32,940 nucleotides of DNA, taken from a virus. Location: positions 1 to 32,940 of IMG/VR virus record IMGVR_UViG_3300012933_000178. One strand, 5' to 3'. The translations under genes were made by a program, and so were the position numbers. The notes beneath the pieces are model-generated. The model was not told where the DNA came from. It did not search any database and was given only the letters and a program-made list of their open reading frames with translations. This document shows positions 22,687 through 31,587 of this stretch, piece by piece. How positions within the stretch are numbered: the stretch's first letter is position 1; each line of letters begins with the position of its first letter.

Positions 22687-24041
22687 TGGCCTACAGCCCG
22701 ATTGAAGATCGCTACCTGGAAACGCTCACGCAGCAGCAGTTCCCAGACATGCAGCCATCAATGGATGGCGTACAGCTGGCGATGGGTGGCAGCGGTGCAG
22801 GTCAAGGCCGCATGGATCGACCAATAAGTGACGTGCCAATGGCATTGATGGACATGGGAGCTGCCACCGTCAAGGGTGCAACGCAGGGCTTTATTGGCTT
22901 GCCTGGTGACTTGGAAGGTCTTGGCCGTCTGCTGCTCGACAAGATGGGCGTCTCTGTTGACCAGAAGACTCAGCTGCCGACCACTGAAGACGTGAAAACA
23001 TGGTTGGACAAGAACGTTGGTCAGGTTGGCAATGCTCAAAACCCATACGAGAGTATTGGTGAGGTGGCTGCTCCTGGTGGCCAGGTCAAGGCTGCAAAGG
23101 CTGCAGTCCGTGGCGCAAAGGCGCTGGCACCAAAGGCTGCTGAGATGGTAGTAAACGTCACTGAAAAGACAGGCATGCCAGTGCAGGGCTTGGGTATGGT
23201 TGAGCAATCACTGACAGCGAAGGGCGCAAAGCTGACGCCAGAGATTGAAGTGCCTGCAGCTGGTGACATCACAAAGCCAGCTTTCAAGAAGTGGTTTGGC
23301 GACAGTAAGGTGACAGATAAATCTGGCCAACCTCTTGTCATGTATCACGGCACAGCTCAAGACATCCATCAATTCAGAGCCAAGCAAGCTGGCGCGATCT
23401 TTGTGACTGATGACCCAAGTTTTGCAGACAACTTTTCTGACATGAGCAAGTCATGGATGGTTGAGCATCACAAAGAGATTTTGACAAAAGAGCAAATTGA
23501 AGCTGCCAAGAATCAAGCTGAAGAGGCAATTCGCAAAGAATTTGCAAACGATCCAGACAAGGCAGATATGCTTGCGCATGAGATGCGAGTTGGCGACAGA
23601 CTTGCCAACGGCAAAGCGCAATCATTATTCAATGATGCGCTTGCTGCACAAATGCCAACTGGCCCAAACACGGTGCCAGTGTACGTCAGCGCCAAGAAGC
23701 CGTTTGACTATGAGAACAAAGAGCATGTCGCCGAAGTGGTTGCAGAGTTGAATAAATCAACAAACTCATGGGGCACCCCACGGGGCACAAGTGCGCAGCC
23801 GTTTCTTCAGTCTGGAAATTGGGAAGAGATTGAAAAGGCTTCAACTCAAGAGGCAATTAAGGCGGCAGGGTTTGATGGCTTCTATGTCAAAGAAGGCAAG
23901 AAGAAAAATCTTGCCGTGTACGATCCAGCTCAAGTCAAGTCAGTCTTCAACAAAGGCACATGGAACCCTAATGACCCACGCATCTTGCACGGCGCTGGCG
24001 CTGGAACAGCTGCGACAATGCAGGACAAGGAGAAAAAATAA
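22686..24041 (+). CDS. Internal virion-cluster protein with a C-terminal ART-PolyVal-like ADP-ribosyltransferase domain (451 aa).
   Basis: From about nt 23283: FKKWFGDSKVTDKSGQPLVMYHGT..F, IFVTDDPSFA, VPVYVSAKKPFDY, GFDGFYVKE...LAVYDPAQVKSVFNKGTWNPNDP. This is the pattern I associate with the ART domain of phage and conjugative-element polyvalent proteins. TGATG coupling to the upstream gene. Confidence 0.55.
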   Translation: MAYSPIEDRYLETLTQQQFPDMQPSMDGVQLAMGGSGAGQGRMDRPISDVPMALMDMGAATVKGATQGFIGLPGDLEGLGRLLLDKMGVSVDQKTQLPTTEDVKTWLDKNVGQVGNAQNPYESIGEVAAPGGQVKAAKAAVRGAKALAPKAAEMVVNVTEKTGMPVQGLGMVEQSLTAKGAKLTPEIEVPAAGDITKPAFKKWFGDSKVTDKSGQPLVMYHGTAQDIHQFRAKQAGAIFVTDDPSFADNFSDMSKSWMVEHHKEILTKEQIEAAKNQAEEAIRKEFANDPDKADMLAHEMRVGDRLANGKAQSLFNDALAAQMPTGPNTVPVYVSAKKPFDYENKEHVAEVVAELNKSTNSWGTPRGTSAQPFLQSGNWEEIEKASTQEAIKAAGFDGFYVKEGKKKNLAVYDPAQVKSVFNKGTWNPNDPRILHGAGAGTAATMQDKEKK

Positions 24042-26921
24042 ATGGCCATCGCACCCATTGAGAACAGATTGAACGCAATGCTGCCAGCGGCAGCTGCGCC
24101 AGCCACGCCAGTCGAGGACATGCCGCTGGAGCCAATGCCTGCGGCCACTATGCAACCAGATGCTGATCAACCCATTGACGGCGAGCCTGGCACGCCTACG
24201 ATGGCCGAAGGTGTGCAAGTCGCTGGCCCCATGGGTGCAGTGACTGACCTGCTGCGAAAGACGGTGACCAAGCAAGGTGCAAAGGCAGAGCGTGCGCTTG
24301 TGCCAGAAGCAGCAAGTGCAGCTGAAGGCACATTGCCAGAAGCGACCAAGGCTGGCCGATACAAGCTCATCCCTGAAGCTGACCAAAAGCTGACTGATGA
24401 AGTCACTGGTGCAATCAAAGCACGCCAGGCTGCAGGTGGCAACATCGGCAAGCCAGATCTGACAAAAGCTGAAGTTGAAGCTGGCATCCCTGTTGAACCA
24501 TTCAACTTGTCCATGTATCAGACTGACGACGCTGCTGCTGTTGTTGGTGGCGTGGCTGACGCGCTCGGCATCAAGACCAAGGCTGTGACCTTTGACGAGA
24601 TCAAGGCCAAGGCTGCTGACTCTGGCATCTCTGAAAACTTCCTGACCCGTTTGATCGGCAGTGATGGCCGCATGATGGCGAACGCTGTTGAGACATACAA
24701 GGCGCTGGAAGTCTTGGAGTCTTCAGCCAACGAGCTCGACACACTCTTCAAGCTGGTCAACGAAGGCAAGGCCACAGACGTGGACAAGCTCAAGCTGCGC
24801 CAGCAGATCGCCTTCCATGGCTTGATCCAGAAAGGCGTGAAGGGCATGCAGACTGAGACAGCCCGTGCGCTGGCAGTCTTCCGCATCCCACGCGAAGGCA
24901 ATGCTGCAGCTGTGCGCCAGGTGCTTGACGAGTTTGGCGGTGACGCAGCTCTGCAAGACATGGCCAAGTCCTACCTGGTGCTTGAGTCACGCGCAGCCAA
25001 GAACGCCATGGTTGAGAAGTCAATGATGTCTGGCGTCAAAGATGTATGGTTCACAACCTATATCAACGGCTTGCTGTCGTCGCCTGTGTCTCACGCCAAG
25101 AACGTGATCTCAAACACCATGTTTGGTTTGTACCAGATCCCAGAGCGCATGGTCGCTGCCTTCTACGGCAACGTACTGCCACCAGGCGTGCGCAGCTGGA
25201 ACGCATTGATCCCTGGATCTGAGGCTGAGAAAGTTGGCTACGACGAAGCTCTGACCATGATCCAATCATTGCGCAATGGCATCACCGAAGGCATGCAGCT
25301 TGCATCGACAGCTTGGAAGAACAACCAGCCCAATGACCTGATGAGCAAGATCGAAGCACAGCGCGGCATGGCCACGCCACCGATCAGCTCTGCAGCCATG
25401 GGTGTCGAGCCAGACAAGTGGCTTGGCCAAGCCATCGACTTCTATGGCCACGCAGTCACCATTCCTGGTCGCGCACTGATGGCCGAAGATGAATTCTTCA
25501 AGGGCGTCATGTACCGCATGGAGTTGAACACGCAGATCACCCGTCGTGGCAAGTCCGTCTACCGCAACAGCATTGAGGCAGGCATGTCTGAGTCTGAGGC
25601 CATGGCCAAGGCGCAGCTGGAGGTTGAAGGCTTGTTTGCCAATCCGCCCAAAGATCTGGACGAAGCGGCCATGCTGTTTGCCCAGAAGGGGACATTCACA
25701 GCTGAGTTGCCAGAGGGTTTGAAAAACCTGCAGCAAGTATTCAACCACCCAGCGCTCAAGGTTGTCGTGCCGTTCTTCAAGACGCCAGCCAACATCGGCC
25801 TGGCCGTAGTGGAGCGCACACCGTTTGCACCGCTGTCGTCGGTATGGCGTGAAGAAGTGGCCAAGGGTGGCATCTACCGCGACATGGCCATGGCCAAGGT
25901 GACGCTCGGCTCTGCAATGCTGGCCACCTTTGGCGCGATGTCTGCCGAAGGTTTGCTGACTGGCCGTGGCCCAGACCGCAAGGCTGACCGCGAGGCGCTG
26001 CTGCGCGACGGTTGGCAACCTTACTCACTCAAGGTTGGTGACACTTACTACAGCTTCAGCGGTATGGAGCCAGTGTCTGCACTGTTGGCCATCGCCGCAG
26101 ATTATGCTGAATATGCCAAGCATGAGCCTGACGCCAGCAAAGTGGAGCAGGTCTTCTTGGGTGCGACCTATGGACTCTATGAGTACCTGAAGGAGCAGCC
26201 TTATCTGCAAGGCATCGCTGACGTGGCCAAGCTCATTGGTACAAACCAGCAGGGCCAGGTTGATGGCAAGAAGATTGTTGACGGCTTGGCCAAGCAGTTC
26301 GGTGGCTTTGCCATTGGCGGCTCACCAGCTGGCGCGTACAGCTCCCTGGTTGCCGGCATTGAGCGCATGCTTGACCCAACCAACCGTGACACTAGGGCAA
26401 ACCCTGATCTGCCAATGGGTGTGCGCGGCTTTGTTGAAGCCTTCAACAAGTACCGCAGCCGTCTGCCTTACTTCAACGAAGCTCTGCCTGAGTCGCTCAA
26501 CTTGTGGGGCGACCCGATCAAGTCTGGCCAGGGCAAGCCATGGGAAATCGTGCTGCCTACCAAGGTCAGCCCAGCTCAGTTCTCTGAAGTCGACGACGCA
26601 TTGGTGCGACTTGGTTCACCTGTCGGCATGCCAGAGCGCAAGATCGACGGCGTCGAGATGGATTCTGTGCAGTACAACCGACTGCTCACCATCTACGGCA
26701 AAGAATTCCCAAGCCGAGCTGCAATTCTTGACACCATCAAGATGCCAGGCTTTGACTTGCTTCCACTTGACGAGCAGCAGAAGGCGATCCAGTCTGTGCA
26801 CTCGCGCTACATGGATGCGGCCAAGCAGCAGCTCAAACAAGAAGATCCTAATCTGACGGCCAAAACGATGGAGCTTCAAGAGCTTCGCAAGGCCCAGGGT
26901 CTTTACTACAAACCAGACTAA
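24042..26921 (+). CDS. Large internal virion / ejection protein (959 aa; T7 gp16 position).
   Basis: It is the largest ORF and lies immediately before the tail fibre gene. No lytic transglycosylase motif recognised. Confidence 0.55.
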   Translation: MAIAPIENRLNAMLPAAAAPATPVEDMPLEPMPAATMQPDADQPIDGEPGTPTMAEGVQVAGPMGAVTDLLRKTVTKQGAKAERALVPEAASAAEGTLPEATKAGRYKLIPEADQKLTDEVTGAIKARQAAGGNIGKPDLTKAEVEAGIPVEPFNLSMYQTDDAAAVVGGVADALGIKTKAVTFDEIKAKAADSGISENFLTRLIGSDGRMMANAVETYKALEVLESSANELDTLFKLVNEGKATDVDKLKLRQQIAFHGLIQKGVKGMQTETARALAVFRIPREGNAAAVRQVLDEFGGDAALQDMAKSYLVLESRAAKNAMVEKSMMSGVKDVWFTTYINGLLSSPVSHAKNVISNTMFGLYQIPERMVAAFYGNVLPPGVRSWNALIPGSEAEKVGYDEALTMIQSLRNGITEGMQLASTAWKNNQPNDLMSKIEAQRGMATPPISSAAMGVEPDKWLGQAIDFYGHAVTIPGRALMAEDEFFKGVMYRMELNTQITRRGKSVYRNSIEAGMSESEAMAKAQLEVEGLFANPPKDLDEAAMLFAQKGTFTAELPEGLKNLQQVFNHPALKVVVPFFKTPANIGLAVVERTPFAPLSSVWREEVAKGGIYRDMAMAKVTLGSAMLATFGAMSAEGLLTGRGPDRKADREALLRDGWQPYSLKVGDTYYSFSGMEPVSALLAIAADYAEYAKHEPDASKVEQVFLGATYGLYEYLKEQPYLQGIADVAKLIGTNQQGQVDGKKIVDGLAKQFGGFAIGGSPAGAYSSLVAGIERMLDPTNRDTRANPDLPMGVRGFVEAFNKYRSRLPYFNEALPESLNLWGDPIKSGQGKPWEIVLPTKVSPAQFSEVDDALVRLGSPVGMPERKIDGVEMDSVQYNRLLTIYGKEFPSRAAILDTIKMPGFDLLPLDEQQKAIQSVHSRYMDAAKQQLKQEDPNLTAKTMELQELRKAQGLYYKPD

Positions 26922-26953
26922 ACCGTACAATTTCCAAAAGGAAGGACTGAATC

Positions 26954-28390
26954 ATGGGCGTGCCTATTTCCAACGTGACCCGTCGAGTGGTGTTTAATGC
27001 TAGTGGCACTGGCCCGTATGCTTTCACCTTCGAGATTCTTGCAAACACCGACATCGCTGTTTACAAAGACGACGAGCTGCTGACATTGACCACCGACTAC
27101 ACGGTGACAATCAACAGCAACGGCACTGGCTCTGTGACGCTGACTGCATCGCCAACTGGTGCAGACCAGATCGCCATTGTTGGCAACCGCAGCATCCAGC
27201 GCACAACAGACTTTGTGACTGGTGGTGACTTCTTTGCAAACAGTATCAACGACGAGCTGGATCAGCAAACTATCTTTGCACAGCAAAATGCTGAAGCTGT
27301 TGACCGTGCTCTGAAGGCCCCACAGACAGATCCCACTACCATTGACATGACGTTGCCACGTGCAACTGATCGTGCCAACAAGACATTGGCTTTTGATGCT
27401 GACGGCAATCCAGTGATCGGTGAGATCATTGGCAACAACCGTGGCAACTGGGCGTCTGGTACAGCGTACAACAAACGAGACATCGTAAAAGACACAACCA
27501 ATAGCAACATCTATTTGTGCAACGAGGCACACACTTCGTCTGGTTCTTTGCCGATCAGCACAAACACTGCATCTGGCAAGTGGGATCTTTTGGTAGATGC
27601 TGCAGCTGCTGGAGAAAGTGCAAACGATGCAGCAGACTCTGCGACAGCAGCTGCCACAAGTGCAACAAACGCAGCATCGTCTGCCAGCTCTGCATCAAGC
27701 TCTGCAAGCTCTGCATCAACAAGCGCAAGCACTGCGACGACCAAAGCATCTGAGGCTGCAACATCGGCCACCAATGCTGCAAGCTCTGCAAGCACAGCCA
27801 GCACTGCTGCCACAAACGCTGGCAATAGCGCAACAGCTGCAGCGTCAAGCGCTACAAGCGCAAGCTCATCTGCAAGCACAGCAACAACCAAGGCAAGCGA
27901 AGCCAGCACATCTGCAAGCAACGCAAGCTCAAGCGCATCTGCTGCTTCAACATCTGCGACCAATGCATCAAGCAGCGCAAGCAGTGCATCTACATCTGCG
28001 ACTAATGCAGCCAACTCTGCAACATCTGCAGCAAGCAGCGCAACAAGTGCGGCGTCTGCACAGACGGCTGCTGAGTCTGCGCGTGATTCAACGCTTGCAG
28101 CGTTTGACAGTTTTGACGATCGCTACCTTGGCACAAAGTCAAGCGATCCAACTGTTGACAACGACGGCAACGCATTAGCTGCTGGCGCGTTGTACTTCAA
28201 CAGCACATCTGGTGCGATGAAAGTTTACACAGGAAGCGCATGGGTAGCAGCATACGTGTCTGGTGATTCTTTCTTGAATCTCACTGGTGGCACAATGACT
28301 GGGACAATCACATTCGCATCTGGGCAATCATTTCCTGGGACAGCTTCAACTGGTAAAGCCATCGCAATGGCAATCGTATTCGGAGGATAA
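26954..28390 (+). CDS. Tail fibre protein (478 aa) with a Ser/Ala-rich repetitive shaft.
   Basis: The N-terminal adaptor-like domain is followed by about 160 aa of S/A/T repeats. The conserved fibre motif FDDRYLG...DP..DNDGN.L..GALYFN follows the repeats. Confidence 0.8.
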   Translation: MGVPISNVTRRVVFNASGTGPYAFTFEILANTDIAVYKDDELLTLTTDYTVTINSNGTGSVTLTASPTGADQIAIVGNRSIQRTTDFVTGGDFFANSINDELDQQTIFAQQNAEAVDRALKAPQTDPTTIDMTLPRATDRANKTLAFDADGNPVIGEIIGNNRGNWASGTAYNKRDIVKDTTNSNIYLCNEAHTSSGSLPISTNTASGKWDLLVDAAAAGESANDAADSATAAATSATNAASSASSASSSASSASTSASTATTKASEAATSATNAASSASTASTAATNAGNSATAAASSATSASSSASTATTKASEASTSASNASSSASAASTSATNASSSASSASTSATNAANSATSAASSATSAASAQTAAESARDSTLAAFDSFDDRYLGTKSSDPTVDNDGNALAAGALYFNSTSGAMKVYTGSAWVAAYVSGDSFLNLTGGTMTGTITFASGQSFPGTASTGKAIAMAIVFGG

Positions 28391-28393
28391 ATC

Positions 28394-28747
28394 ATGGCAG
28401 CACCTAACATCGTAAACGTTTCAATCATCACTGGTAAAACTGCAGTTCAAGCTGTAGGCACTTCTGCCACAGCTATCGTCTCCAACGCTGGAGGCAGCGG
28501 AAAAGTGATCAAGATCAATGCTCTCTACGTGTCAAACGTAGATGGATCATCTGCAGCTGATGTAACTACTGACCTGTACCGCAGCTCTACTGCGTATCGA
28601 CTGGCAAACACTATCAGTGTGCCAGCTGATTCAACGCTGGACATTATGAGCAAAGCCATCTATTTGGAAGAGGGTGACAGCTTGCGATTGACTGCCAGCG
28701 CTTCAGGAGATCTTGAAGCAATTTGCTCTTACGAAGAGATCTCTTGA
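28394..28747 (+). CDS. Hypothetical small structural protein (117 aa) in the fibre module.
   Basis: GGAGGA RBS. Beta-rich. It lies between two fibre-type genes. Confidence 0.6.
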   Translation: MAAPNIVNVSIITGKTAVQAVGTSATAIVSNAGGSGKVIKINALYVSNVDGSSAADVTTDLYRSSTAYRLANTISVPADSTLDIMSKAIYLEEGDSLRLTASASGDLEAICSYEEIS

Positions 28748-28759
28748 TAGGAGTGTTGC

Positions 28760-29983
28760 ATGCGTAGCAAATACAAAGGCGGGGTTATCTCCGCAACAGC
28801 TGTTACAACTACAGGTGGCGGCTCTGGTGTTGCGAAAGGTGTGTGGGCTTTAGCAGAGCAGATCCAACTAAAAGGCGGTAGCGTATGGCCAAAAACACCT
28901 TCTGCACCTAGCGCTCCAACAAGCGTATCTGCAACAGCTGGAAACACAGAGGCGACAATTTCGTTCACAGCTCCTGGTGATGATGGTGGTTCGACAATTA
29001 CTTCATACACAGTGACATCAAGCCCAGGTGGAATTACGGCTTCAGGGTCAGGATCGCCAATAACAGTTACTGGATTAACAAACAATACTGCTTACACATT
29101 TACTGTCACTGCAACAAACAGCACTGGTACAAGCGCTGCCAGTTCAGCAAGTAACTCTGTAACGCCAGCTGATGTTGTTGGGCAGCAGGCTTACACAACA
29201 GCAGGTACATACACATGGGTTGCACCTGCTGGTGTTAATAAAGTTAAAGTCGTTGCTGTTGGTGGTGGCGGTGCTGGTGGCGCAGCTTATTGGGCTGGTG
29301 GCGGTGGCGGTGGCGGTGGACTTGGTTATAGAAACAACATCACCGTAGTACCAGGCAATTCATACACTGTTGTTGTTGGGGCTGGTGGCGTTGGTGTAAC
29401 TGCAAATGCTGGTGGCCAAGGTACTAGCGGTGGTGCTTCTTACTTTATTGATACGTCAACCGTATATGCTGCTGGCGGCACAAGTGGTCAGGGAACATCA
29501 AGCGATGCTGGAGGTAATTACTCTGGTGGAAATGGCGGTAACTACACTGGTGATGGTGGTGGAACTGGTGGTGCCGGAGGAACATCAAGCGGAGACTCTG
29601 CTGGAGGCGGTGGTGGTGCTGCTGGATATTCCAATAATGGTGGAGTGGGCGCAGGAAGCCAAAATGGTTTTACTTATAGCTCTGGCGCTGGCGGTGGCGG
29701 CGCTGGCGGTGTATCAAGCTCAAGCACAGCAGAGTCTGGTGGTGGCGTAGGTATCTTGGGAGCAGGAACTAGTGGAGCTGGTTCTGGAGCAGGCGGATCT
29801 GGTGGTACCAATGGAACTGCTAATGGTAGTGAACCAGGCTCTGGTGGATCTTATGGTGGCGGTGGTGGTGGACAATCAGTGGATTCAAAGAATGTAAGAG
29901 CGTCACACGGCGGTGTTGGAGCTGTTCGGATTATTTGGGGAGCCACGCGCTCATTCCCATCTACAAACACAGCAGACATGTAA
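28760..29983 (+). CDS. Fibronectin type III plus glycine-rich domain protein (407 aa); putative receptor-binding or fibre protein.
   Basis: FN3 segment: PSAPTSVSATAGNTEATISFTAPGDDGGSTITSYTV...LTNNTAYTFTV. Then YTWVAPAGVNKVKVVAVGGGGAGG and long Gly-rich repeats, ending in AVRIIWG. Confidence 0.75.
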   Translation: MRSKYKGGVISATAVTTTGGGSGVAKGVWALAEQIQLKGGSVWPKTPSAPSAPTSVSATAGNTEATISFTAPGDDGGSTITSYTVTSSPGGITASGSGSPITVTGLTNNTAYTFTVTATNSTGTSAASSASNSVTPADVVGQQAYTTAGTYTWVAPAGVNKVKVVAVGGGGAGGAAYWAGGGGGGGGLGYRNNITVVPGNSYTVVVGAGGVGVTANAGGQGTSGGASYFIDTSTVYAAGGTSGQGTSSDAGGNYSGGNGGNYTGDGGGTGGAGGTSSGDSAGGGGGAAGYSNNGGVGAGSQNGFTYSSGAGGGGAGGVSSSSTAESGGGVGILGAGTSGAGSGAGGSGGTNGTANGSEPGSGGSYGGGGGGQSVDSKNVRASHGGVGAVRIIWGATRSFPSTNTADM

Positions 29984-29995
29984 GGAAAACAAACG

Positions 29996-30406
29996 ATGGA
30001 GCTTTACATAAAAATCAAGAATGGTGTGCCTGTTGATCACCCTATCACTGGTGACAACATGCGCCTGGCATTTCCAGATATTGACCTGAATGATCTGCCA
30101 AACGACTACGCTCGCTTTGAGCGTGTCGAGTCACCTGTCGCTGGAATCTACGAGATCAATGATGGTTCTACGTATGGACTTGTGGATGGCATCTACAAGG
30201 ATGTGTGGCAGATTCGCGCCATGACAGATGCTGAAAAGACAGAGAAGCAAGACGAGATCAAAGCTGAATGGGCTGCGAATGGATACGCATCTTGGGTGTT
30301 CAATGAGCAGACATGCTCATTTGATCCACCAACACCACGACCAGATGATGGTAATCGCTACACATGGAGCGAAGAGACAACATCTTGGATTGAATTCACG
30401 GAGTAA
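29996..30406 (+). CDS. Hypothetical protein (136 aa).
   Basis: ORF with an AAGGAAA RBS and the same A/T-ending codon style as the fibre module. Confidence 0.6.
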   Translation: MELYIKIKNGVPVDHPITGDNMRLAFPDIDLNDLPNDYARFERVESPVAGIYEINDGSTYGLVDGIYKDVWQIRAMTDAEKTEKQDEIKAEWAANGYASWVFNEQTCSFDPPTPRPDDGNRYTWSEETTSWIEFTE

Positions 30407-30412
30407 ATGTAA

Positions 30413-30622
30413 ATGGACTCAGGTGAAATTGATCTTGTCAAATATGGCGTGCTATGGGAGCGCGTGCAAAACATGGACAAGAAAATGGACAAGATGGAAG
30501 GCCAGATCGAAGAGCTGCTTGAGCTTGCCAATCGTGGCAAGGGTGGCCTTTGGTTTGGCATGACCATCGTGTCGTTGTGCTCTGGTCTTGCTGGCTTTGC
30601 ATTGTCTTGGTTTAAGAGGTGA
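30413..30622 (+). CDS. Small membrane protein (69 aa): N-terminal coiled coil plus a C-terminal TMD. Holin or antiholin is possible.
   Basis: GGAG RBS. TMD: LWFGMTIVSLCSGLAGFALSWF. Confidence 0.55.
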   Translation: MDSGEIDLVKYGVLWERVQNMDKKMDKMEGQIEELLELANRGKGGLWFGMTIVSLCSGLAGFALSWFKR

Positions 30623-30646
30623 GTCATTGATCCGATCAGTCTTCTC

Positions 30647-31393
30647 ATGGCCGCGCAAGCTGCAGTCGCAGCGGTGCGCAAAGGTTGTGAGATGCTGTCT
30701 GAAGGCAAAGCTGAAATCAGCAAGCTCAAGAAGACAGTCGAGCAAGGGATCGGAGACGCAAAGGCAATCTACAAGGAAGTCACTGGCCTATGGTCGTGGC
30801 TTCTTGGTTTATTTGGAAAGCAACCAGCCAAGTCAGCCAAGCCCACAGTCGCAACACCAGCGCCAGCAGCAGTGGAGAAGGCAGCTGCAGCGCCGAAGAC
30901 GAAAAGCAAACATGAGCGAGAGCCAGAGCTGTCTTACGAGGAATATCAGACGCAAGCAATTCACCAGGTATGCGAGCAACTGAAAACCTTTTTCGAGATC
31001 CGCAGGAATTTAAAAGCACACTGTCTTGAGTTGGAAGAGGTATCCAAAACAACGACGACGATTGAAGACAGTGCGATTGACAGGGTGGAAATTGAGCTTC
31101 AGCTTGAGAACATGACTGTCCAAATCAGGGAAGCAATGGTTTATGCGCCGAAAGAACTTCGTGACATATACAGCCGCTTTCTTGAGATGTACGACCTAAT
31201 CCTTGAGGAACAAGAGTTTGCAAGGCAACTCAAACGAAAGAACGAAAGAGATGCTAAATGGCAACGCGAGCTCCTACGCAATCACAGGGTAGATCGGGCG
31301 GTGGTTTCGGCTCTGGTTCTAATTCTGGTTCTGTGGATGTGGGCGTTCATGCTGTCGCTCGGATGGCTCGTGAAGACACACGATGGTTTGTAG
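30647..31393 (+). CDS. Hypothetical membrane protein (248 aa) with a Pro/Ala linker, a coiled coil and a C-terminal TMD.
   Basis: Amphipathic or hydrophobic LWSWLLGLFG, a PA-rich linker, and the C-terminal AVVSALVLILVLWMWAFMLSLGWLV. Confidence 0.6.
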   Translation: MAAQAAVAAVRKGCEMLSEGKAEISKLKKTVEQGIGDAKAIYKEVTGLWSWLLGLFGKQPAKSAKPTVATPAPAAVEKAAAAPKTKSKHEREPELSYEEYQTQAIHQVCEQLKTFFEIRRNLKAHCLELEEVSKTTTTIEDSAIDRVEIELQLENMTVQIREAMVYAPKELRDIYSRFLEMYDLILEEQEFARQLKRKNERDAKWQRELLRNHRVDRAVVSALVLILVLWMWAFMLSLGWLVKTHDGL

Positions 31394-31587
31394 TTGGTGT
31401 AGTCACTCTGTCGATTGTTTTGTTCTTGGCTTTGCCAGTGTCGATGTTGGTTGTTGTTGACTACATGAAGTTGAGGGCTGAGATCAAGCATGAGATCAGA
31501 CAGGTTCAAAAACTAAAGCAAGAGCTGAAAGGAAAGAATGAAAAAACTGTTGCTGATAAGCCTGTTGCTGACGGTGACAGCATGTGA
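31363..31587 (+). CDS. Small type-II membrane protein (74 aa): N-terminal TMD plus a short coiled coil. An alternative start lies at 31258.
   Basis: TMD WFVVGVVTLSIVLFLALPVSMLVVV, then a KLRAEIKHEIRQVQKLKQELK helix. The start is uncertain: ATG 31258 has a better purine-rich RBS but overlaps the upstream gene by 136 nt. Confidence 0.4.
   Translation: MAREDTRWFVVGVVTLSIVLFLALPVSMLVVVDYMKLRAEIKHEIRQVQKLKQELKGKNEKTVADKPVADGDSM

Noticed and set aside
25266-27532. Minus-strand ORFs of 250 and 204 aa.
   Set aside because: They are antisense to the 959-aa internal virion gene and the tail-fibre gene. They have no RBS and low-complexity translations.
27600-28080. Possible CRISPR-like or tandem-repeat array.
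   Set aside because: The repeats are short, degenerate and in-frame within a coding sequence. There is no repeat-spacer periodicity.
27511-28178. Multiple ORFs (167, 97, 78 and 193 aa) in other frames and on the other strand of the tail-fibre gene.
   Set aside because: They are artefacts of the stop-free GCA/AGC/CTG repeat DNA that encodes the Ser/Ala tract. Only the fibre frame has flanking conserved domains.
26954-29983. Diversity-generating retroelement, as found in the BPP-1 podovirus with a similar head/tail module.
   Set aside because: No reverse-transcriptase ORF exists anywhere in the genome, and I noticed no template/variable repeat pair near the fibre genes.
31258-31362. Longer Gly/Ser-rich N-terminus for the small TMD protein (start at ATG 31258).
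   Set aside because: It would overlap the upstream gene by 136 nt, and its G/S-rich sequence is the expected off-frame reading of that gene's Leu/Val-rich TMD. I keep it as an alternative because its RBS is better than that of ATG 31363.
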